Positions 1 to 9,435 of a DNA stretch of 64,000 nucleotides are shown here, in pieces. Positions within the stretch are counted from its first letter, which is position 1. Each line of letters starts with the position of its first letter. The translations under genes and the position numbers were made by a program. The notes under the pieces are model-generated. The model was not told where the DNA came from and did not search any database. It was given only the letters and a program-made list of their open reading frames with translations. The DNA is from a virus (Duplodnaviria > Caudoviricetes). The stretch lies in IMG/VR virus record IMGVR_UViG_2772190778_000001; one strand, 5' to 3'.

Positions 1-1110
1 TCACTCCACATACCGAAACCCCTGCACGGCGCGAAAGTGCCCGCCGTAGCCGGTCCCGGCGGGCTTGAGACCTTTGCGTGCCCGGGCGGCGGCGAGGGTC
101 TTCATGCTGCGCTCCTTCGATTCGGCGTAGAGGATGGCCGAGACCTGCGCCCAGAGGGGATCGCGGCGGAGCGCCGCGGCGAGGCCGGGGTGCGAGGTAT
201 GAAAGAGCATCGGCATCGGTTTGTCATAACGGTTCACGCCGCGCCGCCAGAGGGCGCAGACCTCGTTGAGAAAGCGCAGGCCCAGCCCTGCGCCCTGCCA
301 CTCGGGCATCACGACAAGGCGACAGGCGCGACCCTCGACCAGCCCCGGCCGGGTGGAGACGGCGAGATGCGCCACGGGCGCGCCGTCGACGAAGCCCACG
401 TAGTAATTCGCCGCGATCATGCGGGGCAGCTTCAGGTAGTGATGCGGCTCAAAGGCGGGCCAGAAGGAGCCGTCTGTCTGGTGAATGTCCATGGCAATGC
501 GCGGTGCCCGTCGAAGACGCCTCCAGCGGAACTCGGCCCGGCGAGTGTCGATCACCCAATCGGGCTGTAGCCAGGACACCACGTCCTCGTGACAGGTGAC
601 GGCGACGAACTGGCCTTTGCCGCGCCGCCATGCCTTGGCAAAGGCGGCCGCCCCGATCTGGGCCACGCGCCGGTCGATGGTCGAGGTGAACTCGTCGAGA
701 ATGGCAAAGCTCGGCCGCTCGGCCAGAATGCGCGCGAGCTCAGCCCGGAATTGCTCGCCGGTCGAGAGGTGGCGGAATGGCCGCAGCCAGCTCGGCACCG
801 TGCCAAGGCCCACGGCCGAGAGGGCCGCCGCCACGGCATCGAACGCGCCCTCCGGGTCAATTGCGTCGATCAGCGCGCCCTCGGGCCACGGGCGTGGATC
901 AAGCTGCGCGCCAAAGGCCGCGCGGGCGAGGGAGGATTTGCCGCTGCCCGAGGGGCCGACGATGAGGCCGATCTGCCACGGACGGGCCAAGAGATCGGCC
1001 TCGACCTCGAGGCGGAAATCCGCGTCGCCCTCGACGTTGAAGAGGCTGGAGACTCGGGCCGCGCGATAGGTGTCCGGGATGGGGCTGGCGTGGTGAATGG
1101 CGAGCTTCAT
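1..1110 (-). CDS. ABC-ATPase / GNAT acyltransferase fusion at the Mu mom position
   Basis: Walker A GPSGSGKS, signature-like LSTGE, Walker B ILDE, H-loop VTCH; C-terminal GNAT motif RLVVMPEWQGAGLG; ATG at 1110 overlaps upstream stop (ATGA). Confidence 0.85.
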   Translation of the reverse strand: MKLAIHHASPIPDTYRAARVSSLFNVEGDADFRLEVEADLLARPWQIGLIVGPSGSGKSSLARAAFGAQLDPRPWPEGALIDAIDPEGAFDAVAAALSAVGLGTVPSWLRPFRHLSTGEQFRAELARILAERPSFAILDEFTSTIDRRVAQIGAAAFAKAWRRGKGQFVAVTCHEDVVSWLQPDWVIDTRRAEFRWRRLRRAPRIAMDIHQTDGSFWPAFEPHHYLKLPRMIAANYYVGFVDGAPVAHLAVSTRPGLVEGRACRLVVMPEWQGAGLGLRFLNEVCALWRRGVNRYDKPMPMLFHTSHPGLAAALRRDPLWAQVSAILYAESKERSMKTLAAARARKGLKPAGTGYGGHFRAVQGFRYVE

Positions 1111-1289
1111 GTCACCACCACGCGGCATTTGAAGCCTTGGCGGCGCAGGCGGCCGAAGGCGTCCACTTGGGCCGCCTCGTCCTCGAGGAGGACAATGACG
1201 CCATATTGCCGCCGGTAGCGGGTGCCCTTGGGCAGGCCCGGCGCACCGGGCGGCAAGTCAGGTTTCGGGAGTGTGGTCGATCTGGCCAA
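1107..1289 (-). CDS. 60-aa protein between com and ABC-GNAT
   Basis: SD AAGGAG + TTG start; nearly identical copy at 43432-43614; coupled to the downstream gene. Confidence 0.75.
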   Translation of the reverse strand: MARSTTLPKPDLPPGAPGLPKGTRYRRQYGVIVLLEDEAAQVDAFGRLRRQGFKCRVVVT

Positions 1290-1461
1290 GTTTGGCTCCT
1301 TCTCTCTGCGCAGCGCGCTTTGGGGGAAGGGCTCTTGGCCTCAGGATATTCATCGCCCGGCAGCGCGGGCACTTGATCGAGACGCCGGATATTTGCGCGC
1401 CTCTCTCATATTTAAATAGCAAACGGCTGCAGGCGCAGCAACGCAGTTCTAGACCTTCCAA
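1258..1461 (-). CDS. com: Com-like zinc-finger translational regulator
   Basis: RCCACSRLLFK...IKCPRCRAMN (CxxC...CxxC); probable TTG start at 1461 (in P2 the upstream ATG is followed by an in-frame stop). Confidence 0.85.
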   Translation of the reverse strand: MEGLELRCCACSRLLFKYERGAQISGVSIKCPRCRAMNILRPRALPPKRAAQREGAKLGQIDHTPET

Positions 1462-1609
1462 ATCGAATCGCCTCATAAAGTCGCCGCCCCTTTGGGGCAG
1501 GGAGCGGCCATGAGGTTATGTCTGGTCGGCGGGGTTTCTGTTTGGCGACTGTGCCCCGCGTCCCCGGGCGTATCTTCCTGAACGCTCGGGGCCTCCTGTG
1601 GTTTTGGGA

Positions 1610-1972
1610 TCAGAACCGCGCGGCGAGGCCTGCGACGCCCTCTGGCACCTCCGGCCAGAGCGGATCGTCGCCCGTCTCGATAGCGCGACGGCACTCGGCC
1701 TGCATCGCGGCCACCCATGCTTTCCAGCCCTGCGCCAATTCCAGATCGCCCTCGATCAGACCGGACGCGGCCAGAGCATCCGCGCGGGGGCTGCCGCCCA
1801 AGACGGCCGCCATAAACACGATCCCGGCTTGGGCGATGTTCATCTGCGTGGTCTCTGAGCCGACAAACAAGATACGCGACCGGCAGTCGGTCTTGATCAA
1901 GGCGGCACGAGCAAAGTTGTCTGCTAGGGTCTTGGCCTCGGCGGTGACGGCTTGGGCGAAATCAATCTGCAT
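1610..1972 (-). CDS. Putative tail fibre assembly/chaperone protein
   Basis: Position after tail fibre; coupled to upstream ORF. Confidence 0.55.
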   Translation of the reverse strand: MQIDFAQAVTAEAKTLADNFARAALIKTDCRSRILFVGSETTQMNIAQAGIVFMAAVLGGSPRADALAASGLIEGDLELAQGWKAWVAAMQAECRRAIETGDDPLWPEVPEGVAGLAARF

Positions 1973-2279
1973 CGGGGGTCTCCAACTCATAGGGCGGCAG
2001 GGTCACGGGGCCGTTGCCCGTAAGGGTGAGGGGCGCGGGAAAGAGCGTTTCTTGCGGCGCGTTGGCCCCGTGCGGCAGCACGAGCGTGAGGCGCAGCGTG
2101 CCGCCCACACGCTCGACCGGGCCTGCGAACCAATCGCTTGCGATGGCCTCGCGCGGCAGGGTCGCGCCCTCGGGCAGCGGCGTGAAATCGAGCACCTCGC
2201 CATTAAGCGTGAGCGCATCGCCGGTGCGGCTTAGCGTGAGGGGCGTGTCGCGGCGGGTGGGGGAAAGGGTGATCTGCAT
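1962..2279 (-). CDS. Small tail-associated protein (fibre assembly type)
   Basis: MQITLSPTRRD...LNGEVLDF N-terminus typical of genes following phage tail fibres; SD AAGGAG. Confidence 0.6.
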   Translation of the reverse strand: MQITLSPTRRDTPLTLSRTGDALTLNGEVLDFTPLPEGATLPREAIASDWFAGPVERVGGTLRLTLVLPHGANAPQETLFPAPLTLTGNGPVTLPPYELETPDAD

Positions 2280-2290
2280 GGGTGTCTCCT

Positions 2291-3403
2291 TTAGAACCAG
2301 CGGCCGGTGGCAATCAGATCAACAGTGCGATTGGCGGCAGCTTGCGTGGTGACGGCGGTCACGGCCCAAGGGCCGGATGTAGCATTTGGAGCACTGTGCG
2401 ACGCGGCTCCAAAGGCCGAAGCGGCGTTTGGCATCGCGACCAGTTTTGGCGCGCTGGCCGAAAGGAATTCCGCCGGAAACGTCCAGTTCTGCCCGCCGCT
2501 CCGAAACCCGCCCAAATAGGCGACGTTGATCGCGAGGTTGACCGTCAACGTATGCCAGCAAATCTGTGTACCATCTGCAAAGCGCACATAATCGCCATTG
2601 GCATTGCTGCCCCGCTCGATCACGGCCCCTGTAGGGACGCCGCCGGATTGGCTCACGGTGCCGACGAGGTTGGCCCTTGTCGTGATCTCAGTCCAGGCGG
2701 ACCAGACTGGGCCAACGGTATCCGTAAGGTGCCTCACAAAAATCTGGCTGCTGACCCCAAAGGCGATTTGCAAGAAGCCGCTGGCCCCCGAAGAGGCCAA
2801 GCGTGTCATGTGCAGGACGACGCCTGCTGAACTCGGTGCGCCGGTGGTCGTGCTAGCGTAGCGATGAAAGCCGGTTGTGGTCACGGTATCCAGAGATGCT
2901 GGGGACAAGATAGAAGAGGTTTCCCCAAGGCCGTGCGCCCGGTTCAGCAGCACCCGTCCCGCTGTGGCATCGGAAGGGGAGGATTGTTCAATCGTTGTCC
3001 GTGCCAAGAGCGCGCGTGCAGCTGGGGTCAGATCTGCCAGCGCCAACGTGCCCAAGCCGGTGAAGTAAGGCATTTTGTTCGCTGCCCCTTCCAAACCGGC
3101 AAGGCTCGTGAGGTTGCCAGAGCCGAGCGCTCCGACAATCTGGTTGAGCGCCACGAGCGACCGCTCGCCCGCGTCGATCAGGCGGATCGAGTAGTTTGCC
3201 GATGCCTGTCCACCGCCGGGCCAAGCGCGGGCAAGGGTGATCGAGGTGGCGCTGTTGACCGAGGCAATCTCAACCGTGAGGCCCGCTGCGCGGAAATCGT
3301 CACCGGGCAGGATGCCGCCCGCGATCCAGTTGGTGCCCACGCCTGTGACGGTCGTGCTGCCGTTGCTGACCGAGATGGTCCCCGTGGTATAGGTCGTCGT
3401 CAT
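2291..3403 (-). CDS. Side tail fibre / receptor-binding protein
   Basis: N-terminal YTTGTISVSNGSTTVTGVGT, MPYFTG repeat, C-terminal GSNANGDYVRFADGTQICW fibre-tip motif. Confidence 0.8.
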   Translation of the reverse strand: MTTTYTTGTISVSNGSTTVTGVGTNWIAGGILPGDDFRAAGLTVEIASVNSATSITLARAWPGGGQASANYSIRLIDAGERSLVALNQIVGALGSGNLTSLAGLEGAANKMPYFTGLGTLALADLTPAARALLARTTIEQSSPSDATAGRVLLNRAHGLGETSSILSPASLDTVTTTGFHRYASTTTGAPSSAGVVLHMTRLASSGASGFLQIAFGVSSQIFVRHLTDTVGPVWSAWTEITTRANLVGTVSQSGGVPTGAVIERGSNANGDYVRFADGTQICWHTLTVNLAINVAYLGGFRSGGQNWTFPAEFLSASAPKLVAMPNAASAFGAASHSAPNATSGPWAVTAVTTQAAANRTVDLIATGRWF

Positions 3404-3432
3404 CCCTCACTCCTTTGTTGATCGGGCCGCTG

Positions 3433-6400
3433 TCATGTGAATGCCGCCGTCGCTTTTTCTTCGGCGAACATCTGCGTTCCTTGCAAAACGTAGACGCCCT
3501 TCAGGCCACCGGGATGGGACCAGTAGCGCACCTGCAATGTGTAAGTCGTGGAGGACGCCCCCGGCGTCGTGCGGTTCTTGAACATCAAGCCATCGAGAAG
3601 CTGCCTGCGCCCTACCTCGATCCGCTGCCGATAGATGAGGGTATCCGCCATCTGGACCCCGTTCCTCAGGACCCGGTATTCGACGTCCGCCCCAGCATCA
3701 TCTGGGCTGAGGGACACCGCCTGAAACCGGACGTTCAGGATCATGTGACGCTCGCTGGGCAAGTTCCGATGCGCCGCAGTCAGCGTCAGAACGTCCTCAA
3801 AGTCGGTGGTGCTGGAGATCCCGAATGGGTCTTGCAGGGTCACGGCGCTGATCGCCCCAATCGCGTCGAGTGCAATCTTGTCGGTTAGGATTGACCCGCC
3901 AAGGATCAGATCCCCGTCCAAAACGAAATCGCCCGCCACCTGTACATTGCCGTCGAGACGCAGATAGTCGCCGGACCAGCGACCGGTGATTGTCGCCCCC
4001 TCCACGGTCCCATCACTGACGCTGACCGCCTCAAAGACGTTCTGCTCGTTCAGGCGCATGACAAAGCCCGCCGCAATCCCGTCTGCAGTGGCTTCGGCAA
4101 AGGCCGTGGCCTCGGCCAGTGCGGTCAGATCGCCGTAATTGGCCGAGACGGTCTGATTGACGGCCGCAACCGCCTCCGCCTCCGTTACCTTGGCGGCCTC
4201 GACCGTGGAGACCCGCGCGAGCAGACCGGTCTCGGGGGTATTGAGAGCGCTCTCGACGGTGGTGGTGCGCGAGGCGAGGGAGGTTAGAGCGCCATCGATC
4301 TCGGAGACTTCAGCGGTTAGCAGGTCCAGCGCGTTTGCCGTCGCTAGCCCCGGAATGGCCGCCTGCACCAAGGTGACTGCCGCTGAGACGATCTGGATTT
4401 GATCCTCGGTCAGGTCGATCCGGGAATTGAGGTCCTGGGCCGCCTGCGCCACGACCTCGCGCGTTGCAATCCCGTCCAGTATTGCGCGGGCGGCTCCTTC
4501 GACGGACTGTGCGCCTGTGAGCTTGAGCCGGGAGCGCACCGCGCGGGTGGAATTGGATTGCACCCGTTCGCCGTCCTCGAGCTGTTCGGCGCGCACAGTC
4601 AGTGTGTCCACGGCATCGCCGACCAGATTGAGGCCGGTTTCGAGGTCGGCAATCTCGCCGGTCAGCGCCGTGGTCGCGTCGGTCAGCGTGGCGACGCCTG
4701 CTTCGGTCTCGGTGACGCGGGCGTTGGTCTCGGTCAGCGCCTCCGCAGTGCCCGTGGCAAGCCCCTCCAAATCGGTCAGTTCGGAACCGAGCGCCGTGAT
4801 ATCCTCGGCCAGCGCCAGCCCCTGCGCGATGCGCGCCGCGCGCTCTGCGGTCAAATCGGCGCTTGAGGCTCCGGGGGCCGGGCGGCCAATCGCCAACCAG
4901 TCAATCTCGACGCTTGCGGGCAGGTCGAGGCGGACCCGGTCCACGGTGCCAGACCACGCCAGATCGACAGTGAGGAGCGCCACATCCTCCGCCCATTCCG
5001 GCTCGGCCACGTCGACGCGGCGCGCGGCGTCAAACGCCTGCCCCGAGGCGGCCCACCAGAATTGCGCGGCCCATGCTGGAACGCCACTGCGACGAAGCCG
5101 GGCGCGCAGCTGTCGATAGGCCTGCGTGGGGATCGCAAGACCAGCTGGCGAGATCGCGCCGCTGCCCGATGCGAGCGCAAGCCAACCGTCGGAGGTGACG
5201 CTTGGGGCGGTGGTGACGCCGGTCCACCCTTCGGCGTCTGCATCCCAATACCAGACTGCGGCGGCGTCGAACTGTGTGACCGTGCCCACGGAGAGGAGCG
5301 CAATCTGATTGGCCAGCGCGTCATCGCCGTCGATCCGCGCTTGGTCGACGGTCTGGGCAAGGGCCGCAATATCGCCGGTCGTGGTCTGGAGCGTCTGGAC
5401 CGACTGCGCGATCTGCACCTGCCCGTCGGCCAGCACGGTGAGCGCTGCCGAGGCTTCGGCCCGTGCGCCCTCGATCTCCGCCACCAGTGCGGTGCGCACC
5501 TCGTCGCGCGCCAGAAAGTCCCGCGCGGCGGCCTCGAGCGCCAGTTGTGCAGAGGATTTAATGCGGTCCCGCGCGGCGCGAACGCCGCCTGCGACGGAAA
5601 GCACGTCCCCGGCGCGGGCCTGCGCCTCTGTCAGCAGCGCGCCGTCGAGCCGCGTCACATGCGGCACCTCCGGCACATCGTCCACGCCAATGGGGGCGAT
5701 CACCTGCTCGATGCGGCCGAAAAGATCGGCGACGCTCGGCGGAATTCCATCCTCGCCAAGGTGTGCTTGGGTCAGGGCAAAGGCCGCGTCGAACTGGTCG
5801 CGCAGGGCATCGCTGAGGTCGGCCGCCGCCACCCGCACATCATCCGTGGTCACCCAAATCCAGGCCGACCAGATGCCCCGGCGATTGTCGGAGAGCGCCT
5901 TGGCGCGGACGCGCAGGTTGGTGAGTGGCGGCACAGGCTGGATGGTCGCAAGGCCCCGCTCGACATCGAGCACGGTGCCGCTCCAGACCTCTTCTTCGGT
6001 CTCGCGCTTTTGGCATTCGATGGCGATCCCCTTGATGGTATCGGCGATACCCGAGGCGTCCCAGAAGACGTCGACGGCGGCATGGGCGCGGGTGCCTTCT
6101 GCGTTCGTGACAGTGCGCGCGTCGGCATCAAAGAAGGGCAGGCCTGCGTCGTTGGGCACCGGGCGGGGCAGGATCGAGCTGCGGTCGGGGATCTCGAGCG
6201 CGGCGTCGATCTCGAAATCCTCCGGATCGCGTTCGCGCAGCGAGGCCACGACGGTCAGGCGGTGCAGATCGAGCACGATCTCGGTGACTTCAAAGAGCTT
6301 GTTCGCGTAGTCGTTCCACGCGCTGGTCACCGAGACGGTGTTGAGCGGGCGCAGTCCGGCATAATCGGGCGGCAGCGGCCAAGCGTGCCGCCGCCAGCGC

Positions 6401-7713
6401 CGGTGATCTTCGAGCGCGGATTTGGCCAGCTGTCCCCCCTGCGCGGCGTTGAAGACGGCGGGCAGGTCCATCTCGAAGTTACGCACAATGCCGTCTTCGG
6501 CTTGCCATGCGGGGTTGCTGATCTGCTCAAGCGGCACGCCGTTCCAGAGCGCGCCGGGCGAGACGTATTTGGCGGTGACGCGGTTGAAGATCTCGAGCAG
6601 TTCGGGAAACGGGTCTTTGGTGGCGGCATCCGTCACCAGAAGGTCGTCGTCGGTAATGCTGGCCACAGGGATATCGGGGGCGTCGACCTGAATGTAGAAG
6701 AAGCCGCCGAACTCGGCGATCTGCCCGTTGCAGGCGGCGAGCAGCTCGTCGATCACCTCGCCGGGCGTGTCCTCGGCGAATTTGATCTCATAGCCTGCCT
6801 CGTATTTCCGGCGGTCGCCAAGGTCGACGTCGCAGGCGTTCATGCCTGGCACCCAGTTCCAGCCGGGCAGGTCTTCGGCCTCGGCCTCGCCGCCCCAGAC
6901 CGAGCCGTCATAAAGGCCAATGCCGCGAAGGATGTTGTAGATCTGGACCACCGGGTTGCGCGTGGGCTCCCAGGTGGTGGGATCGTCCCAGCGATGCGGC
7001 CCCGTGCCCCCGGCGGTGCTGTCGCGGCGCAGGTCGTAATAGGGCACGCCGTTTTCCTCAAAGCGTTGCTCCGGCGCGCCATTGGGCCAGACCTTTGAAC
7101 TCACCTCCATTGTAAGGATGGCGTAGGGAATGCCCCGCCCGATATGGGCCTCCGTCCAGGGCGTCTCGGGGTCCTCGGCATAGTTCGCAACCAGCGTCGG
7201 ATCGGCGGCGGTCTGGGTGCCGTCATAGACCTTGATCCATGCAAAATCTCGGCCGAGGTCGCGCTTGGCGATGAGCGGGAAGCCGTAGTCGGGATGCGCC
7301 TCTTCACCCAGTTCGGAATAGACGCCGTCCACCATCACGCGGCTGAAGGCGGCACCGGGCAGGCCGCCCAACTCGATCACGGTCTGGTAATACTTGTTAT
7401 TGGGGCCGTGGCTGTTGTGATAGATCAGATGCCCCTTGGTGGCGTAAAAGCCCGTGATCGTCGTTTCGCTTTCCAACTCGCCGCGTGTCGTCGCCGTGAC
7501 TTGAAGACCGAAGGCCGTGTTGCGCCCACGCCGCGCGCGGCGTTGTTGCAGGATCGATAGGCCCACACCGGCAAAGAGGCGCAGGGCAAAAAGGGCCACA
7601 GCCTTGACCGTGATCCCGGCAAAGACAGCCGCCACGGCGGCGGCCACTGGCCCGGCCGAGGCAGGGGCGGCGGAGGCGAGTACGAGTGCCATGACCCATG
7701 CGAGCAGTCTCAT
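3433..7713 (-). CDS. Central tail fibre / host-specificity protein (gpJ-like), 1426 aa
   Basis: Size, position after NlpC-like gene, N-terminal hub similar to 45226-49164, long coiled-coil region. Confidence 0.85.
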   Translation of the reverse strand: MRLLAWVMALVLASAAPASAGPVAAAVAAVFAGITVKAVALFALRLFAGVGLSILQQRRARRGRNTAFGLQVTATTRGELESETTITGFYATKGHLIYHNSHGPNNKYYQTVIELGGLPGAAFSRVMVDGVYSELGEEAHPDYGFPLIAKRDLGRDFAWIKVYDGTQTAADPTLVANYAEDPETPWTEAHIGRGIPYAILTMEVSSKVWPNGAPEQRFEENGVPYYDLRRDSTAGGTGPHRWDDPTTWEPTRNPVVQIYNILRGIGLYDGSVWGGEAEAEDLPGWNWVPGMNACDVDLGDRRKYEAGYEIKFAEDTPGEVIDELLAACNGQIAEFGGFFYIQVDAPDIPVASITDDDLLVTDAATKDPFPELLEIFNRVTAKYVSPGALWNGVPLEQISNPAWQAEDGIVRNFEMDLPAVFNAAQGGQLAKSALEDHRRWRRHAWPLPPDYAGLRPLNTVSVTSAWNDYANKLFEVTEIVLDLHRLTVVASLRERDPEDFEIDAALEIPDRSSILPRPVPNDAGLPFFDADARTVTNAEGTRAHAAVDVFWDASGIADTIKGIAIECQKRETEEEVWSGTVLDVERGLATIQPVPPLTNLRVRAKALSDNRRGIWSAWIWVTTDDVRVAAADLSDALRDQFDAAFALTQAHLGEDGIPPSVADLFGRIEQVIAPIGVDDVPEVPHVTRLDGALLTEAQARAGDVLSVAGGVRAARDRIKSSAQLALEAAARDFLARDEVRTALVAEIEGARAEASAALTVLADGQVQIAQSVQTLQTTTGDIAALAQTVDQARIDGDDALANQIALLSVGTVTQFDAAAVWYWDADAEGWTGVTTAPSVTSDGWLALASGSGAISPAGLAIPTQAYRQLRARLRRSGVPAWAAQFWWAASGQAFDAARRVDVAEPEWAEDVALLTVDLAWSGTVDRVRLDLPASVEIDWLAIGRPAPGASSADLTAERAARIAQGLALAEDITALGSELTDLEGLATGTAEALTETNARVTETEAGVATLTDATTALTGEIADLETGLNLVGDAVDTLTVRAEQLEDGERVQSNSTRAVRSRLKLTGAQSVEGAARAILDGIATREVVAQAAQDLNSRIDLTEDQIQIVSAAVTLVQAAIPGLATANALDLLTAEVSEIDGALTSLASRTTTVESALNTPETGLLARVSTVEAAKVTEAEAVAAVNQTVSANYGDLTALAEATAFAEATADGIAAGFVMRLNEQNVFEAVSVSDGTVEGATITGRWSGDYLRLDGNVQVAGDFVLDGDLILGGSILTDKIALDAIGAISAVTLQDPFGISSTTDFEDVLTLTAAHRNLPSERHMILNVRFQAVSLSPDDAGADVEYRVLRNGVQMADTLIYRQRIEVGRRQLLDGLMFKNRTTPGASSTTYTLQVRYWSHPGGLKGVYVLQGTQMFAEEKATAAFT

Positions 7714-8111
7714 GGCCGGTAAATCCTGACGGCGCGGTTGAGTGGCACCGCGCCCAAGCCCCGCAGGGGACGCAGCACATGGATATGCCCCCCGCCGACG
7801 ATGCCCATGGCCTCGTCACCCGCCTCAATTAGCACCACGACGTCGCCCGCCTGTGCCTGCATCCAGCCCGCATCCGGCAACAGGATCGAGGCCAGAACCT
7901 CGGCAGGGGAGGCAAACCCGTCCGCCAAGAGAAGCGCGCGGCCTTCTTCTAAGGTGCGATATTGCCCGCGCCATTGCGCCGCCGGATCGGTGCCGGTCAG
8001 TTCTTCAATCCAGTCGGCTGCGAACATGGCGCAGTCGGAAAGGCTCGGGCGGAAAGGCTCTGCGCGCCGGGCATCGAGGAATTTCCGAAGGAGGCGTTCG
8101 CGTGTCATCAT
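7710..8111 (-). CDS. NlpC/P60-like tail-tip protein (gpK-like)
   Basis: SDCAMFAADW Cys motif with downstream His; synteny. Confidence 0.7.
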   Translation of the reverse strand: MMTRERLLRKFLDARRAEPFRPSLSDCAMFAADWIEELTGTDPAAQWRGQYRTLEEGRALLLADGFASPAEVLASILLPDAGWMQAQAGDVVVLIEAGDEAMGIVGGGHIHVLRPLRGLGAVPLNRAVRIYRP

Positions 8112-8764
8112 TTGCGGTCGCTCGGGTCGTTTTCGCGTATGAAGGGGGGCGGCTGCTCGGTCACGACCGTCTCTTGACCCCATGGGATCGGGCGGTCGGC
8201 AATGCTGGCGGCATGTTCGCGGAAGCGGTCGGACGGGTCGCGCAGCCGCTGTGCCGCATCGGATTTGAAGAGCGGCTGGCGGAAGGTGAGTGGGCGCGTA
8301 GCCGAGGAAATCACCAGCTCTGTGCGAGACTGATCACCGAGTTTGGCCAAGGTCTCGGGTGCCGTCTCGAGCCGTCCTTTGATGACGCGCTGCGGGGTCC
8401 CGAGTGGCGCGCCGGTGTAGATATCGAGCGGCTGCGACCAGACGCGCACCCGGGCCTGTGCGGCCTGATAAACCTGCAACGCCAGCTTGGCGGCATCGGT
8501 CATGGGCGGCAGGATCACGCGGTGGCGGCGCACCTCGAGGCCGATGCCTGCGCGGATTGGCGGCACCTCGATCACATTGCCCGCACCCAGAAAGAGATGG
8601 GTTTCGCCGTCGACGGTAAAGGTCTGGTGATCGTCCCCGGTCCAGAGGCCCATGGGCACGATCTCGCCCGTGACCCGGTCGCGCGGCTCGATCAGAACGA
8701 GGATATGGGCATCGGTGCCGCTGCGCTCGGCCAGCTGGTCCATTTGGGCAAGATCAAAGCTCAT
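8108..8764 (-). CDS. Tail-tip hub protein (gpL-like position)
   Basis: Synteny; distant similarity to P2 49541-50242. Confidence 0.6.
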   Translation of the reverse strand: MSFDLAQMDQLAERSGTDAHILVLIEPRDRVTGEIVPMGLWTGDDHQTFTVDGETHLFLGAGNVIEVPPIRAGIGLEVRRHRVILPPMTDAAKLALQVYQAAQARVRVWSQPLDIYTGAPLGTPQRVIKGRLETAPETLAKLGDQSRTELVISSATRPLTFRQPLFKSDAAQRLRDPSDRFREHAASIADRPIPWGQETVVTEQPPPFIRENDPSDRK

Positions 8765-9435
8765 ACTCCGCCCCCCAGCGTTTGCTGCCAGCTGAAGCTG
8801 CCGCCTTCGGTGCGCCGTGAGCGGCCCGGCCCCGGTTTGAAACTGAGCAGCTTTGCGCGCAGTTGCGGACGCTCAAGGATCACCGAGGCCCCGACCACCA
8901 CGCCGGGGCGGATAAAGGGCGAGACCTCGAACCGGGCTGTGGCCCCGGTGCTATCCGCCGTGACTGTGGCGTTCATGATCCTGTGGACGGCGTAGCGGAC
9001 GGGGCTCGCCAGATATTGAAAACCGATCTTCTGGCCCCGGCGCAGCGTGAAGTTCGGCGGCAGGCCCTGAAGGCTCAGTTCCCGATTGCCGGGGACAAGG
9101 CTCTTGATCGTGACCGGCTGTGCGGCCCAGTTGATGCCCCCCGGATAGGCAGGGTCTTGCGGCGCAAACTGGCGGCGGTCGTAGATCATGAAGGAAGCGC
9201 CCGGCTCGAGTAGGCTTTCGATCAGCGTATCTTGGGCGGCGATCACATCAGGCTCGGATTTGCCCAACACCACTTCGCCTTGCCAGAGCCGCGTGCCGCG
9301 CCGATGCACAATGACCTCGCCCCCGGCGGTGACCGAATTGGTGCTTTCGCCGCTGAGGAAAAACGTGGCCTCCTCGATGCCCAGAAGGTCAAAGAAGGCC
9401 GAGACCGGAAGGGGCCAATCCTGTACCGCCATCAT
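8761..9435 (-). CDS. Distal tail protein (Dit/gpM-like position)
   Basis: Directly after tape measure; distant similarity to P2 50244-50912. Confidence 0.6.
   Translation of the reverse strand: MMAVQDWPLPVSAFFDLLGIEEATFFLSGESTNSVTAGGEVIVHRRGTRLWQGEVVLGKSEPDVIAAQDTLIESLLEPGASFMIYDRRQFAPQDPAYPGGINWAAQPVTIKSLVPGNRELSLQGLPPNFTLRRGQKIGFQYLASPVRYAVHRIMNATVTADSTGATARFEVSPFIRPGVVVGASVILERPQLRAKLLSFKPGPGRSRRTEGGSFSWQQTLGGGV

Noticed and set aside
1-1128. ABC transporter interpretation of the ATPase
   Set aside because: No permease or binding protein; fused to GNAT and located in the com-mom slot.
1610-3403. Mu G-segment-like invertible tail cassette or DGR
   Set aside because: No invertase or reverse transcriptase, no inverted gix-like pair, no template/variable repeat pair seen by eye in either tail region.
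5062-7098. Long plus-strand ORFs (also 9232-10707, 22353-23663, 47764-49335, 50882-52505, 60171-61637)
   Set aside because: Antisense shadows of high-GC genes; no motifs, no ribosome-binding sites, and the opposite strand encodes recognisable phage proteins.
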